Source of the DNA: Eledone cirrhosa
Taxonomy: Eukaryota
Assembly (NCBI GenBank): GCA_964016885.1
Contig: OZ024742.1
Location: forward strand, 347,820,001 to 347,884,000
DNA: 64,000 nt
Direction of reading: 5' to 3'
Below are positions 25,991 to 39,270 of the stretch, one piece after another. The notes under the pieces were generated by a model. The model ran no database searches. It was not told the DNA's origin and saw nothing but the letters and a program-made list of their open reading frames with translations. Position 1 is the first letter of the stretch; each line of letters starts with the position of its first letter. The translations under genes were made by a program, and so were the position numbers.

Positions 25991-26291
25991 TTTGTTTGTC
26001 TATGTCCTATGCAGTGGACCAATCATGTTCAAACTTTGCATGTGAGTTCCTTAGACTCAAGAATAGGTTCTTCTCACACTTGGGCATATGTTCATTGGTC
26101 TGAGTTTGGAAAAATAACGTTTATAGTAATGGAGAAACAGAGATAAAGAAAGCGAAGAAAGTGAGCGATACACGTTCAAACATCATTCCTTCTCTCCTAC
26201 GTTCAATCAACATATTAGCTGTTCTCTCTCCTCTATCACCAACATTCTTTATATCTCTTCTGTATTGTCATATCTACTTCATATTTGGCCC

Positions 26292-26322
<31 letters not shown>

Positions 26323-26324
26323 CT

Positions 26325-27205
26325 TCTTCACCCAATGACTGGTGCAACAGCATCATTGTCAACTGCTACAAGGGCAAAGGAGATGTTCTAGTCAGAGGAA
26401 ACTATAGAGGCAGCAAGTTAATTGACCAGGTCATGAAGGTCACAGAAAGAGTTACAGCACAGCTGATTAGGGACCGAGTTAATCTAGATGAAATGCAGTT
26501 TGGATTTGTGCTAGGTAAAAGTACCACTATGTTCTCTTCCTCATGAGGCAACTGCAGAGGAAATGCCTAGCTAAAAGTAAACTCCTCTACATGGCATTTG
26601 TAGACCTGGAGAAAGCTTTTGACAGAGTCCCCTGTGTCAATATCTGGTGGGCTCTTAGAAAACTAGAAGTAGATGAGTGGCTTGTGAGGGCAGTACAAGC
26701 CATGTATAGAGGAACAGTCAGTAAAGTTAGGATTAATAATGAATATAGTGAAGAATTTAGCATGCAAGTAGGTGTCCATCAGAGCTCTGTCCTTAGCCCT
26801 CTCCTGTTTATCATCATCCTGCAGGCAACTTCTGTATGTATCCTTATAGCTGAATCTCAGGCAAAATTAGAGAAGAAACTCCAAATCTAGAAACAAGGCT
26901 TAGAATCTAAAGGTCTTAAAGTCAACTTGGCAAAGACCAAAATCCTAATATGTAGAAAGGAAAACAGGGACCAGATTCACTCAGGGAAATGGCCTTGTCA
27001 GTGTGCAGGAAAGGAGTAGGTAGAAATTCTATCCTATGCCCCAAATGTAAACTAAGGATACAGAAGAGATGTAGTGGGATTTCAGCAAAGAAGGCAGGTT
27101 TTATATGTGATTGTTGCACAGGTGTAGTAAGTAGCAACAGTCCACTGGATACTAGCTCCTTTAAATACCTACAGGGCTCAGTAGGAGTAGTTAATAGATC
27201 TGTTA
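26325..27205 (+). mobile_element. Degraded RTE LINE RT fragment
   Basis: GNYRG.KL, LYMAFVDLEKAFDRVP, VGVHQSSVLSPLLF, CRKGVGRNSILCPKC with frameshifts. Confidence 0.85.
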
Positions 27206-27749
27206 CCTTTTATTTTTATTCTTTATATTTTCATTTTTCATCTTCATTTTTATTTTAAACTTAATTCTTCTATCTAATTCTTACACTGTTAGTATTCCTT
27301 ATTTTTCCATGTTCCACCTTTCACTTTACGATCTATACCAGGCATGGGCAACCTTTTCCGAGAAGTGGGCTGTATGAGATAGGCTCATCATCAGGCGGGT
27401 CGCAAGTGCTAATTTACATTCGTGCCCACATAAAAAAAAGGGAAGTAACTCAGGTTGTTTTGATTTGTTTCTTCAGAATTCATACACATTGTTTTCCTCG
27501 ATTGTAAAAATGATAGAAAGATAAATTACGACTGAAAAGCTGGGGTAAAAAAATCAGAAAGATTTCACTTAGGTGAGCCATTCAGAAAGGTTTGTGGTGT
27601 CGTAGGTTGCCCCTGACTGATCTCGTACTATCATTAGCAGCATGATGACTATTATTATTATTGGTTTTATTATTACTAATACTACTACTATTATTATTAT
27701 TGGTTTTATTATTACTAATACTACTATTATTATTATTGGTTTTATAAAA

Positions 27750-28105
27750 TCAGGGTAGAGAGGGAAGTGCTCTCTTCCCAGCATTTTGTTGAAAGATGGG
27801 TGAGAGAAGCAGGAATGGCCCGAGTGAATGGGCCTACTCTGAGTATGTGTCTGTAAATTAAAGGTGGAAAACTGGGAGAGGGTACTTTCCCTGGTGGTCA
27901 GGGTCACTGTGGCTTTTTAATGGGCTTTCTCCACGAATGTCCCTCGTAAGTCTCCCCCCTATTGGGGAATTTTTCATTGTTATTTTTTTGTTACATCCTC
28001 TGTTTTTGTTTTTTTTACACACAGAAATGCCCATTTGTACCGTCCTGTACCGTCCTTAATGTCTACTTTATGTAAACCCTTGTGGTTAATAAAGAAAGCA
28101 TTATT
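27750..28105 (-). mobile_element. Tx1/L1-family 3' end fragment (diverged relative of 57111-57600); similar pieces at ~23400-23590 and ~24060-24480
   Basis: Shares cccccctattggggaatttttcattgt, gtaccgtcctgtaccgtc and ...aataaagaaa with the 3' end of the element at 57.1-57.6 kb. Its actual direction is opposite to the 57-kb copy, so the strand call is uncertain. Confidence 0.55.
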
Positions 28106-28479
28106 ATTGGTTTTATTATTACTAATACTACTATTATTATTATTGGTTTTATTATTACTAATACTAATAGGGCGGTGGATTGGCAGTATCAGTAGAGGGT
28201 CGGACGCCATGCTTTGACGCATAGAGTTACGGCCCTTGCCATTCTGAGTTCAAATCCCGCCGAGGTTAACTTTACCTTTCATCCTTACGGGGTCGATAAA
28301 ATAAAGTACCAGTAATGCACTGGGTAATTGCTGGCCTTGTGCCAAAAGTAGAAACAATTATTACTAATACTATTATTATTATCAATGTTTTTCTGATTAT
28401 TAGAATAATCATTATCGTTATTTATATCTTTAGTTTACCATTATTATTGCATTTATGATCACTGTTATTATTAATATTC

Positions 28480-30160
28480 TATTCGTCTTCGCCCACTTAT
28501 TCTTAAGAGGTCCTCAAACACTCCTTCCAGTGGGTCAGTTTTTAACATCTCGGTCTGAATTTTATCCTCCCCAGGAGCCTTGACTCATTTGAGCTCTTTA
28601 ATTGCTCTTGTGACCCCAGTCTCTGAAAGGTTAGTCGTTGCTACCAGATGCATCGTGTGTACATCAGAAGAAGCTGCTGTGACTGGTTTTAGAAGATTAG
28701 CAAAGTATTCTCCCCAGCCCTCTGAAGAGAGAACCCCGAGTGCGTTTATGATAATAGGTGTATAGGAGGACCTATTAAAAAGTTGGCAGTCTGCCAGAAC
28801 ACTTTTTTTGCTTATCTGAAATCAGATTTCAGCTTAACCTCCAAGTCTTCCCATGTCTTAACTTTGCAAGTACAAGAAGGACGGACTTATTTCTAAGCCA
28901 AGCTTTGTAAGCATCTTTGACCTCTTGACTGAACCAAGGGGTCTTCCTGCCATCCGGCACCACACAAAGCCTCTTTCGCCCCCAGCATTTAACAGTTGAA
29001 GCAGAAACTGCTGCGCTGAACAATCTCCACTGTCTCAACGTCCTCAGTTTGCTCAGGGAGTTCTCTGAATTTGGATGCCATAGTAACTGTATACATGGTT
29101 CTGGCTTCCTTATCTACCAATCTTTGTCTTAGTCTTAGTTCCTCCAGTCCCTTGTGGAACATTGGGCGACGAGCTTCCTCCACTTGATCCTGTCACTGGT
29201 GGCCCTTCTAGCACCTCTCCAGGTAATTCCCATCTCCTGCAGGTCCTCCCTGAATGTGTTCCGCCATGTTTTTCATGGTCTTCCCCGTTCTCTCCTGCCA
29301 CTCATCTACCAATGCTTCTCACTTTATCCTCTATGTCGCCCTGGACCTGACAGTTGTGTGGGCTTCTTTGGCTTAAGGTAACCTCACGTTGCAGATAACT
29401 AGATGGTGATCAGTTGACAGTCCCTTTCTTAACACAAACATCCAGCACAGAATCAAAGAGATCAGAGACAATAATAAAATCAATTATTAATCTCTGTCCC
29501 TGATTCCCCATATACCATGTATATCTATGGATGTCTCTGTGCTGAAAGAAAGTGTTCATAATAGAGATTCCATTACTAGAACAGAAGTCTAGCAAGGCCT
29601 CTCCATTCGTATTTAGATCGGGGTTACCATTCCTTCCAATCACTCCTTTCCATGTCAGGGGGTCAGTGCCAACATGTGTATTGAAGTCTCCCATCAGGTT
29701 ATATGACTCAGTCTTAACTACATCTAACACTTCATCAAGGAAGGAGTTGTATTCGGAGTCCTTGCTTGGTGCATAAACTTGCACCACCCACAGAAACCTA
29801 TCTTTCAGCCATAGCTTCAAGAGGCAAATCCTCCTTCTAATGGAATCCAGTCCATAACACATTCTGACAGCTGAGGGTCTGTGAGTCTCCCCACTCCCGC
29901 CTGTGTAGTCATTTCTAACGCCACACCTGAATAGTGGAGTTTCCATCCTCTACAGTATCAGAGCCACGGAACTTTGTTGAGGACACCCCAACCATAAATA
30001 GCCAGTAGCATCTAGCCTCCTCCTATAGTTCCTATTCTTGCCTGTAAGGGTTGTGATGTTGAAGTTATCAATTGTCAAGGTTTGCTCCTTTCCAAATCTT
30101 CTGTTGAACCTCAGGATATGTAACGTTTGTGCTTCTGTCCCACACCTCCCAGTATAAGTC
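28480..30160 (-). mobile_element. Degraded RTE-type LINE, AP-endonuclease region
   Basis: VVQVYAP, LMGDFNTHVG, NTNGEALLDFC, IMNTFFQHRDIHRYTWY, IIDFII. Confidence 0.8.
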
Positions 30161-30169
30161 ACAGGCCCT

Positions 30170-31145
30170 TCTAAGGCCTAAACATGTCCCATTAAGTATC
30201 TGCTAGCGCAAAGTTCTTGGGGGACTGGATTGATGCCCTGCCTGTGGCCAACATTTGTGATCTTCTCAGTCAGAATGAGCTCCGCATCTCCATTGCACTC
30301 AGAATGAGAACCGACGTCTGTGGGGGGCTGAGATGTCACTGTGTTAGGTCCCTCGAAACCACATGTCTACATGGTTTATCCTACCGCCTGAATGCTGGTC
30401 GTTTCACCCACCATACCAAGCTGAACCTGATTATGAAACGGGCCCTGGCTCGGGTTAATATTCCCACAGTTCTGGAGCCGGTTGTCCCTGGGTAAGAGGT
30501 AGGTGTCTCATCTGGGACACCACAGTCAGTGACTCTTTTGCTCCCTCCCACATCATGGACACCACGGTAAATGTTGGGGTCACTGCTTCCGTTGCTGAAT
30601 GGAATAAAATCCTAAAATACTGGGAATTATTAAATAGCTATTTTCTCCAGCCTGTGGCTTTCAAGACATTTGGTGTAGTTGGGCCTAAGTTCTTGTCATC
30701 GATAGCAGATCGCCTTACCAAGGTATCAGGTGGTGCTCCTGGTGAGGGTGCTTGGTTGTTTCAGTGCCTTAGCCTCGCCATCACCCATGGTAATGCTGCC
30801 AGCATGTTGGCTTGCCTCAGAAATTTCCATTGACCCTTGTGATGTGTGACCGGTTGTCACACTTGGTGGTGACTTGATGGTCATTTCTGATTTTGTTTTT
30901 CCCTTTTTTGTCTTTCTCTCGCTTTGATCATATATTTTGGTCATATATTTTTGAGTTATATTTGTGAGGTTCCTAGCAGTAATTAATAGTATTTATTATA
31001 TATGTTTATATTTTCATTCTGAAAGAATTGTAGACAATTTATAATATTATTTATACTATATATCTTATATTTATATTATTTATACAACTATAAATAAAAT
31101 ATATATCTTATATATATAATGTTATTTATACAACTGTAAATAAAG
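30170..31145 (+). mobile_element. CRE-like non-LTR retrotransposon 3' fragment (zinc knuckle and restriction-like endonuclease)
   Basis: WIDALP...ELRISIALR, C.C....LHGL, H..LN.I.KRAL...IP.VLEP, K..KY..L...Y.LQPVAF.TFG, FQ.LSLAI..GNAAS, then an AT-rich tail also seen at ~33350 and ~43450-43930. Confidence 0.75.
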
Positions 31146-31379
31146 AGAGACACACAAGCCTCCACATATAAAGAGAGACACATAAACACGCCTAAATTAT
31201 TTCCATTGTAGCATATCTAAGTTTAGGAAAACCCAGAGTTAACCAAAATGACATCACTCGTGCTAAAAATTACAGCAAGAAAACCGGCAACATTTTATCT
31301 ACAGTTGTATTTACCTGCCTCTCACATGACCACACTCCTCTCCACGCACTCATAATCTTCTCCCTCCTTCTCCACTTTC

Positions 31380-32930
31380 TATCCATCCCCTTGCTCACCC
31401 CTTACTTTGTCCTCGCGCACAGCCCACCTAGGTATTCGTTCAACCCGTCGGTGGCCTGATGTTTCAACCGATCTATCACCAGCGATTGCCGATTGATAAA
31501 GCTGTCTCCACTTTAACCTAGTCCACTCTAGGTGGCGGTGGCATGTGTCGAACGACCAAGAGACCTGCTTGGTGGAACGACTATGTGACAACTGGTCAGC
31601 CTTCGACCTCTCATTCCCCACCAACTTCAGCACGCACAAGAGGAGCTAACTTGCCCTCACCTACCCCCTCCTCCTCTTCACGGCAGATTTCAAACGAATC
31701 CAACCCGGCCAACCACACCACCCCTACAACTGTTAGCCTACCATCCAACCTCCGCTCTGACTCACTCCCTCCACCGAATTCCAACGCTGGCCCTCTACTG
31801 CCGGTTACTGCCAGCCCACCACCTGATTGCGCTCTCTGTGCCCGCACTAGCTGATACTTAAAGACAATTAAATGTCACCTATGCCACGCAAACTACCACA
31901 GAAGCTGTGTCGGCATCACCAAAGCTCAAGCCGAAAGGCTTCAACACTGGACCTGTAATCGGTGCCACTTCAGCTCCGACGTATTCTGTGGGGATGCCCC
32001 ACGCTTTGATGACCAACTCTCTACCGACGACTTTACCACACCCCTCCAGGGTTTCTCCAAATCAAAGCTCGTTAACCGGATCCCTAAGGGAGCTCAGAAT
32101 AGCTTTGCACATGCCCTCTCTAATTTATTGAAAAACGTTTGCTCATCCAACAATAGGTCTGACTGGCAGAAATTGTTCTTGTTTCCCCCTCATCTCTCTT
32201 CACGTGCACAATGCGAATTCGGGTTCCCTCACGTCCTCTTTCAAGCGACAGTTCCAGCTGTCAATTGAGTCCACCCCAACCACGTCTCACCTCAGTTCGA
32301 CATCGAGCTCGGTGTCCACCAACAGACAACCGGTGGACCTCAAGCGAGCGATCAATGCCAAATTCAACGAATTTGACATTAAAGGGGCTGTCCGTCTCCT
32401 CTCTTCTCTGTCCTCCCTTGTTCTGTGCAACTATGATTCTCTTGAGCGATTGAAAGAGAAGCACCCATTGGCACCTCCAGATGATCAGCTACACTGACTC
32501 GAACCACCAGAATACTCGAGACCGGCCTTCATCCTCAACCCCTCAAGGACGGTATCTCCTTATCGGCCGGTAACGCCGGAATCGAGCTCTTGGAGAGTCT
32601 GACTCAGTTTGTGAATCAGTTCTCTTCAGTGAACGTTCTCCCGTTCATCCGCCCACTGTTCTTCAGTGCGAAGCTATTTGGTCTCACCAAGCCCAACGAG
32701 GACCTGCGCCCCATTGCGGTTGACTACACCCTTCACTGCCTCACTGGCGGAGGAATTTTCCCCCATCCAGCTGGGGGTGGGTACCAAGTTGGGATGTGAG
32801 GCTGCTGTCCACGCTACCAGAGCATTTACCAACTTGCCCTCAAGAATGCATTTAACTCCGTCAGCCACGACATCGTCCTCGGCTCAGTAAGAGAGAGGGT
32901 CCTACAACTCTACCACTTTGCTTGGCAAGT
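31380..32930 (+). mobile_element. CRE-like non-LTR retrotransposon 5'/RT fragment (PHD-like finger, start of RT), frameshifted
   Basis: CALC...CHLCHANYHRSCVGI...WTCNRC, DIKGAVRLL, LFFSAKLFGLTKPNEDLRPIAV, QLGVGTKLGCEAAVHATR, KNAFNSVS. Confidence 0.7.
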
Positions 32931-33382
32931 AAGGGACCTCATAACTTAAGTAGCACAGGACCTCATTTGTCCTAAATCCAACACTGTGTGTTTGTATGTG
33001 TGCGTATGTGTATATGTATGTATGTGTACAAAACTCCCGTTTCGAGCCTCCACTTGACTGTTTCCTTCCAACGTTCTAAGAAATATTTATTTTTATATGA
33101 AATTTTGTAGGAATATGCTTCCGAAGGTTGTAGAATATCGATAAGATATTCCGCCTGGGACTCCAGGTAATACGTACACCTAGGGCCACATCCAACAAAA
33201 GGCAGGCGAAAGGGGTGGACAAACGAACAGCTACTAGAACAAAAGATAACACTATCGCAAAGAGCACTGGGAAACTTCTCTAATAATTTTTAGGCAAGCC
33301 AGCACCTCGAGTGATGGCGAGGTTGAGGAGCTGGAACAGCAAAGTACCTTGTTATTTGTAATGTTGTTTATACAACTGAATG

Positions 33383-33418
<36 letters not shown>

Positions 33419-34028
33419 CAATATCGGAGGAAGCTTTTTAGCGATACTCTGGCCAAATTCCAACTCACTCAACAAACATTAGGAAATAAGTGATTATATT
33501 CCCAATTATGTGTTCGGGGTGCTAACTAAAAGTATTGCGTGGAAAATTGGCTGTATTATTTCAAATGAGATATATCTAATATATCTCTTCCCAGACGCAC
33601 GTCTCGTTTCATTATAGGATTCCTACAATTTGGGTGAAATTATACCAATTTATGTAGGAGCTTGTATAGCATCAATAGATATATATTCAAGTGGGCTCCT
33701 ATAATTCATCAGTGGGTGCCCCAATACTACTAATATTGATAATCTAACCAACATCAGCATTTAGCGATAATCACTTTCTGTGCCTGAGGTATCTGTCAGG
33801 TTGCCAGTCCAGCAGTTCTGAAAGAAGTGCTCGAACTGATTCAAAAAATGACGAAGTGAATTACCGCAAAAAAAAACAATACATGCGCGTGACAATGAAC
33901 TCTGAAAGGAATTCAGGCCACGTGCTAAGAACTCAATTGGAAATTGAAAAAGTATCTGTGTGTACAACATTTGATGACACACACAGATATTTTCTCGGGC
34001 AAAATGAGATATATATACCCTTAAATAA

Positions 34029-34070
<42 letters not shown>

Positions 34071-34224
34071 TATTTACGTATCGAGAGAGAGAAAAAAAAA
34101 GGAGAGGTTAGGTGATACATATAGTTATTTGCCAAGTAGCGTATGCCAAAGGTGCTCGATACTAGTGCCGGCAGTATTAAATATTCGAAGTGTTAATATT
34201 TAGTGGGCTAGAGATTTAGCAGAG

Positions 34225-34817
34225 CGTGGGAAAGTAAGAAATCGGAGAATAGACCGTTAAAACATGTTTATTTAAAACAGCACCTACGTACGTTTCGCCC
34301 AGTTGGGCTTCTCAAGGGCATAAATAATCAAAAGTGTTCCTTACATTGCTCGGAAAGAGTTTTTGGGGTTAAATCCACGTCAAGGTTCATTGCTCGCAAA
34401 AATAGCTTGTTTTGATTTTGCAGCAGGTCAAGGGAGGTAACTCTGGCCGGTGTTAGAGCAGTCTTTCCCGGACAATTTTTATTTTTTTATTTTTTTTATT
34501 CGCTACAAGATGAGGTTACAATGGTAAGGTTGTAACCTCATCTCGTAGCGGATAAAAAAAAAAAATTTGTCCGGGAAAGACTGCCCTAACACCGGCCAGA
34601 GTTACCTCCCTTGACCTGCTGCAAAATCAAAACAAGCTATTTTTGCGAGTAATGAACCTTGACGTGGATTTAACCCCCAAAACTCTTTCCGAGCAATGTA
34701 AGGAACACTTTTGATTATTTATGGCCTTGAGAAGCCCAAACGGGCGAAACGTACGTAGGTGCTGTTTTAAATAAACATGTTTTAACGGTCTATTCTCCAA
34801 TTTCTTACTTTCCCACG
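34225..34817. repeat. Near-perfect ~590-bp palindrome (8-nt spacer) with a variant hammerhead motif in each arm
   Basis: 34225-34521 is the near reverse complement of 34530-34817. + arm 34723-34762: gcc TTGAGAA gccc-aaac-gggc GAAA cgtacg TA ggt. Ends at (TA)n. Confidence 0.85.
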
Positions 34818-34861
<44 letters not shown>

Positions 34862-35427
34862 GGTAAGTTATTCCGGGTTGAATCGGAGGTAACCACAGTA
34901 AGTAAGGTACTCAATACATAGCAGAGTATAAAAGTTTTAATATAGATGAGATTCTACAGGACTAGAACTGTTTCATTCTTTAGAAATCATCAGGAATCTG
35001 GCATTCCAAAATAAATGTTGTGGTATTTATATCTTTTCTGGTGGTAGGAGAGGGTGGGGAGTGGGATGGGTGGAGGTCATTTGTTGAAAGAAAAGGGAAT
35101 TCATTAAAAGCTAATTCTTTAAAGCTATAATTTATATTTAGAGTGACAAAGGCAGAAAGAATTCTATAAACAAGTTCAGAATGAGATGCCATTCCTTATT
35201 TTTAAGTTTCTCTTAAGCTAACAATGCCTATATTTCAGGTGTCTATAAGTTCGGGGTCGGTCATGGTTGATGGATTTAAAGAAAAGGGAAATTCTTTAAA
35301 AGCTAATTCTTTAAAGCTCTACTTAGAGTGACACAGGCCAAGAGAATTCTATAAACCAGTTCAAATATTGGGTGCCTATCATCATTATTGTCATGTTTCT
35401 CTTAAGCTATATTTCAGGTGTCAAACG

Positions 35428-35468
<41 letters not shown>

Positions 35469-35469
<1 letters not shown>

Positions 35470-37067
35470 CATCATAATCTATAAAGCTCAGTGTGTGGTC
35501 AGGCTCCTTTCTTATAGAAATCTACGATATAGAATTTCTTCAATTGAAATTTACAATTCAGTATTCGAAATAGCTTCGATTGCGTCTTGGCACATCTCAT
35601 TTTTTCAATTTCACCCACAATTACGCAAAAAATAGATAAAATTCAATATTTTAAGATTTTTCTCTGTGATTTAAACTGCTAAACTCTTTCCACTACCATT
35701 CAAAATCTATACAACTTCATACTTTCTGCTACTTTCTCTTTCCAAGCTTGATGGTGATACTGTCCGTATTACTCTGTCATATCATCTGCTTCCCTCTATC
35801 TACAACCCACACATTTTGCTACTTTCTCTTTTATACTTCAAATTATTACATTTCATACGAAACGACAATTATTCAAAAGCAACAGATACATTTATTCAAC
35901 AACAAGCGATAAATCTTTTTTAAAACCTCTTTTCCAAACGCATACAAACACACACTCACTTCAACAACAACAACAACAATCTGCTTTTATAGATAATGAT
36001 AAACAATAATATCCTCTATGAGGTCACTAAACCTGCTAGAAACAGCAGCTAACTCTCCCCCATATCACACCACACCCTACTATCTTAAATTTAGAAAACA
36101 CATATCCTCTATGAGGTTACTAAACCTGCTAAAAACAGCAGCTAACTCTCCCCCATATCACACCCATCCCTACTGTCTTAAATTTAGAAAACACAGACAA
36201 CCATGCAGAACAACTCCATCGCAGCTCTGCTGTTCGGCTGGCATCGTCTACGCGTGTGTTGCGCAAGTACTGTGAAACAAAATTTCAACACTTTTTTGCA
36301 CAGAGATAATATCCATAGGCGAAACTACAATTGTCACTGCTGGCGCAGCTCTTGCTTCCAGGTCTGCAATTCATTCACCCAGTGCCTGGCAGACAAAAAA
36401 GTGCTGCCATAAAATGGGTGGTGCAACCTAACTTTGGTAACTTACTGACCCCGAGCAACGCCGGGCTTTAATGCTAGTAATCTATAAAGCTCAGTGTGTG
36501 GTCATGCTCCTTTTTTATAGAAATCTACTATATAGAATTTCTTCAATTGAAATTTACAATTCAGTATTCAAAATAGCATCGATTGCGTCTTGGCACATCT
36601 AATTTTTTCAATTTCACCCACAATTACGCAAAAAATAGATAAAACTCAATATTTTACGATTTTCCTGTCATTTAAACTGCTAAACTCTTTCCACTACCAT
36701 TCAAAATCTATACAACTTCATTCTTTCTGCTACTTTCTCTTTCCATATCACACCACTCCCCACTGTCTTAAATTTAGAAAACACATATCCTCTATGAGGT
36801 TACTAAACCTGCTAGAAACAGCAGCTAACTCTCCCCCATCGCAGCTCTGTTGTTCGGCTGGCATCGTTAACGCGCGTGATGCGCAAGTACTGAGAAACAA
36901 TAAATTTCAACACTTTTTTGCACAGAGATAATATCCATAGGCAAAACTACAATTGTCACTGCTGGTGCAGCTCCTGCTTCCAGGTCTGCAATTCATTCAC
37001 CCAGTGCCTGGCAGACAAAAAAGTGCTGCCATAAAATGGGTGGTGCAACGCCGGGCTTTAATGCTAG
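35469..37067 (+). mobile_element. Two tandem non-autonomous Helitron-like copies (35469-36477, 36478-37067)
   Basis: Both start ..tctataaagctcagtgtgtggtc and end ctttaatgCTAG|T. Copy 1 has a subterminal hairpin cccgagcaacgccggg about 10 nt before CTAG. Flanked by TA/CA microsatellites. Confidence 0.8.
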
Positions 37068-37589
37068 TATATATATATATATATATATATAATAATGAAA
37101 TGACAGGAGGCTGGATTTGTGTAAATCCTTGAAAGGTTTATTATACTATGATCATTTCAATGACCGGGTTCCGTATGAATCCGGTGATATCATCAGGTAT
37201 TCGAAATATAATACGTGAATGTAATAGGTAAAATCCATGGGGCTGAAAATCGAGACCCGAGGGCGACCGCTATTCTGTTCCTTCAACCTCAGCCGGTCGC
37301 CCTGGAGTGACGTGGCTAAATTTTATAGTATGCTACTACCGGTCAGATGAACGAAAACAGAAAGAGATGGGAGCATAGGTTAACGTCGATCCCATGACAC
37401 AAGGTAAAAGAAAGAAAGAAAGGAAGGAGAAGAAGGGGGAAGAAAGAAGAAGAGAAGTTAGGGTTAATGTCAGCTAAAAGAGGAAGGTAACTACTACTGG
37501 TCAGATATAGGCAAGCAAGAGGGGGAAGGAAGATAAGTCTGCAGGGAGGAGGAGAGGAGAGAAGGAAGGGAAGAGAGAAGTAGAAAAGT

Positions 37590-38510
37590 AAGGGTTGATG
37601 GCTACAAGAAGGAAGATAGAAAGGAAGAGGAAGAAAGGTCGATATTAATGTCAGACCACAGTCAGCCAGGAGTGGTGCGAGAAAATTTTCACAGGGACCC
37701 GCATCTTAGCGGAGATGGATATATTGGGAGTCAGTGTTTTACAGTGTTTAGACTTCTAGGATGAAGTTAAAAAAATTTAATAATCAATATTCAATATTAA
37801 AGAGGTTAGAAAATTTAAAGTTCAACAGTTTAACAATTAATTATATAATAGTTCCGATTTGTTCTGTAATTTAAAGGTACTATTTGGCGGTTAAAACAAC
37901 GGCCGCGCCCCGGGCCCCATGGCGAATTAAGCCACGCCGAGTATTTTCATTTACTGAAAGAAGGGGAAATTTATTTTTCCAAGCACTCTAGGTGAGCTCG
38001 TTCGCCACGGAGCTGGTCGCGCCGCCATTAAAACCCACCCAACAGTCCGACAGAAAGTTGGAACTTTAAAATTTAGCTTAGAGAAGTAAAGGAGTAATGG
38101 TTGATAGCTACAAGAAGGAAGATAGAAAGAGAGAGGAAGGAAGGTCGATATTAATGTCACACCACAGTCGGGCCAGGAGTGGCGCGACAAAATTTTCATA
38201 GGGACTCGCATCTTAGCAGAGGTGAATATATTGGGGGTCAGTGTGTTACAATGTTTAGACTTATAGGATGAAGTTAAAAAATTAATAAATTAATAATCAA
38301 TATTCCATATTAAAGAGGTTTGAAAACTTAAAGCTCAACAGTTTCAGGTTGATATATATAATAGTTCCGATTTGTTCTGTAATTTAAAGGTACTATTTGG
38401 CGGTTAAAACACCGGCCGCGCCCCAGGCCCCATGGCTAATTAAGCCACGCCGAGTATTTTCATTTACTGAAAGAAGGGGAATTTATTTTTCCAAGCACTC
38501 CAGGTGACCA
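37590..38510. repeat. ~400-bp direct duplication (37590-37990, 38098-38505)
   Basis: ggttgat.gctacaagaaggaagataga...gagtattttcatttactgaaagaagggg..atttatttttccaagcactc occurs twice. Probably internal to a Penelope-like fragment whose end lies at ~37090-37200. Confidence 0.75.
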
Positions 38511-38548
38511 GCTCTATACAGTGGTGAACCTCAAACCTGAATAAATAC

Positions 38549-38652
<104 letters not shown>

Positions 38653-38698
38653 TTGTATATGTTTGTATATGTGTATATTTATATATATGTATATATAT

Positions 38699-39222
38699 AT
38701 ATTGTTATACTTTGGGAGGGTCATGTTGCCAATAAGAAACACACGCACCAGTTGATTTCACTTCAATTTATTATAATAAATTTATAAATTTAGGAATTTA
38801 TAAATTTCCAGTTGGTTGGTTGGTTGGTTCCACAACCAGATGGTTGTTTATATATTGTCAAAGTTCTTTCGTCACAGATTCTGTGACCTCTTCAGTGACT
38901 GGGGGTCCTTTGTTCTGTCCTACGCCATCTTGTGGGGAAAACAAGATGGCGTAGGACAGAACAAAGGAGAGGCACAAAAAACAAAGAAAAGAACCCCCCA
39001 GTAACTGAAGAGGTCACAGAATGTGTGACGAAAGAACTTTGACAATATATAAACAACCATCTGGTTGTGGAACCAACCATCCAACCGGAAATTTATAAAT
39101 TCCTAAATTTATAAATTTATTATAATAAATTGAAGTAAAACGACTGGTGCGTGTGTTTCTCATTGGCAACATGACCCTCCCAAAGTATAACAATATCGGT
39201 TTCAACACACGTTTTCAGATAA
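38699..39222. mobile_element. Penelope-like foldback fragment (inverted arms ~235-255 bp) with hammerhead motifs
   Basis: 38699-38933 mirrors 38941-39196. Minus motif 38857-38899: gtca CTGAAGA g gtcacag-aat-ctgtgac GAAA gaac TT tgac. Same family as 45170-46328. Confidence 0.85.
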
Positions 39223-39270
39223 AGAATCTTGCTAAACAAATTCAGAAACGATATATATATATATACGATA

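Noticed and set aside
33076-34135. Candidate further exons for the ZAP-like or BPL_N-like genes
   Set aside because: No frame with PARP (HGT, YFA) or BPL_N (PGG.D) motifs and compatible splice phase was found.
34955-34998. Hammerhead-like CTGATGA...GAAA on the minus strand
   Set aside because: Stems I and III cannot be formed convincingly; probably a decayed Penelope end, so not counted.
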